This document shows, piece after piece, positions 63,251-64,000 of a stretch of DNA of 64,000 nucleotides; positions within the stretch are counted from its first letter, which is position 1, and each line of letters opens with the position of its first letter. The notes under the pieces were generated by a model. It was not told where the DNA came from and ran no database searches. It saw nothing but the letters and a program-made list of their open reading frames with translations. The position numbers were made by a program, and so were the translations under genes. This DNA is from Malacoraja senta (lineage: Eukaryota), in the NCBI GenBank assembly GCA_038087875.1, contig CM075988.1:25484001-25548000 (forward strand). Reading direction: 5' to 3'.

Positions 63251-64000
63251 GTGGGTTTTGTTTCTCTGTACAGTATCCAAATATATATTTTTCCGCAGGT
63301 GATGTATTTTCGTCTTGTACAGTTTCTTGTCACTGTTAAGCCATGCTTATCAACCATACATCCACTGTCTCGTCACCCACAACTAGAAAACCACGTTATT
63401 CCCAGGGTGCCTCAGCTACTTTAATCGCAAACGTTTTAAAGAATAGATACCAGCCCGACTGTAATAGCAGAATGGTTTCTCTGCTGACTGCTACGCGTGT
63501 ATGTTGCCAAACCAGTGGCTAATGAGCTGGTCCCTGAATCGCAGTTTGGATTCTGCCATTTGGTGGATATGCCCCTCATGGAACTAATCCAAGAAAAATG
63601 AAAGAAGTAGCACCTTCATAGCGTTTTTATTACTTTTATCCATCAGTGAAAGACCATCCTTAAATTTGGCTCCATTTTCCGCTTGCACCACGATGCAATG
63701 AATTAACCAGCAGACGTGCAACACAGTTCTATCTTGTAAACACAGGAAGTGCCTGAGAAGGTGATTCTGATAAGTTTCACCAGTGAGATACCAGGATTAG
63801 AGTCATGGAGTGATACAGTGTGGAAGCAGGCCTTTCGGCCCAACTCGCCCACACCGGCCAACAATATCCCAGCTACACTAGTCCCACTTGCCTGCGCTTG
63901 GTCCATAACCCTCCAAACCCGTTCTATCCATGTACCTGTCCAACTGTTTATTAAACGATGGGATAGTCCCAGCCTCAACTACCTCCTCTGGCAGCTTGTT

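Overview
Repeat-rich vertebrate genomic DNA. The SINE/LINE repertoire (V-SINE/HE1-like SINEs, CR1/HER1-like LINE 3' ends) points to a cartilaginous fish, probably a skate or ray. Four spliced protein-coding genes can be read by hand in the order UBASH3B(-) | IL18-like(+) | SDHD(-) | ARCN1(+). (1) First coding exon of UBASH3B/STS-1 at 1610-1737; the gene runs off the left edge. (2) A divergent interleukin-18 gene at about 18.7-30.9 kb that the ORF track mostly misses. It has the mammalian-type 12-nt microexon, a YTED/C caspase-like site, a Cys-rich loop insertion and an unresolved reading-frame conflict in its first coding exon. (3) Complete 4-exon SDHD (156 aa) with a compact NRF1/GABP/ERR/YY1 promoter. 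(4) ARCN1 (delta-COP) exons 1-5, running off the right edge. The most unusual non-coding signal is a family of 90-190 bp Penelope-like terminal-repeat units carrying a hammerhead-ribozyme-like core (CTGAAGA-N-stem-GAAAC). Several are individually flanked by 10-14 bp target-site duplications, one derivative forms a 66-bp tandem array and another a long hairpin. Also present: a young PIF/Harbinger-type MITE, deleted Penelope-like RT/GIY-YIG fragments, CpG-rich retroposons, and about 4 kb of alternating purine-pyrimidine satellite between the SDHD and ARCN1 promoters. Gene identities and human comparisons rest on recalled homologue sequences, not on searches. Repeat boundaries are approximate.
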